Source: a bacterium
GTDB taxonomy: Bacteria > UBA8248
NCBI GenBank assembly: GCA_965199855.1
Contig: OZ241326.1
Location: forward strand, 32,001-96,000
Direction: 5' to 3'
Length of the DNA: 64,000 nucleotides
The position numbers and the translations under genes were made by a program. The notes beneath the pieces are model-generated. The model saw only the letters and a list, made by a program, of their open reading frames with translations, was not told where the DNA came from and ran no database searches. Position 1 is the stretch's first letter; each line of letters opens with the position of its first letter. This document shows positions 63,957 to 64,000 of the stretch, piece after piece.

Positions 63957-64000
63957 ATGCGCGCGGGATGGTATGAGCAAAAGGGCGGGGCGCGCGAGGT
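63957..64000 (+). CDS. Start of a probable NADPH:quinone reductase (MDR family), truncated by the window edge
   Basis: GGGGAG RBS followed by MRAGWYEQKGGAREV. Confidence 0.55.
   Translation, partial: MRAGWYEQKGGARE

Overview
High-GC bacterial chromosomal window, about 55 genes. The dominant feature is two respiratory complex I operons in tandem on the minus strand. One is a complete 14-gene nuoA-N cluster (28500-13850). It is followed directly by a diverged second set, nuoABCD-H-JKLMN (13685-4060), that lacks nuoE, F, G and also nuoI. Immediately downstream lies an ORF-free region with sigma-54 promoter architecture and a minus-strand cUUCGg terminator, a candidate ~170-nt sRNA. Two adjacent ORFs at 37256-38164 are better read as one UGA-recoded selenoprotein (PrdB/GrdB family, UxxC motif, SECIS-like hairpin). 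Other features: tRNA-Phe; a PLP histidine decarboxylase-like gene with an ACT protein; an AT-richer islet encoding a DNA methyltransferase-HNH fusion and a membrane protein; an incomplete nitrile/thiocyanate hydratase pair; many amidohydrolases and CoA-transferases; a lipoprotein with three repeated domains; scpAB; rluB; a KamA-like radical SAM enzyme; an orphan DUF1524-like HNH fragment; and two apparent pseudogenes. All product calls come from motif recognition by eye, with no database searches.
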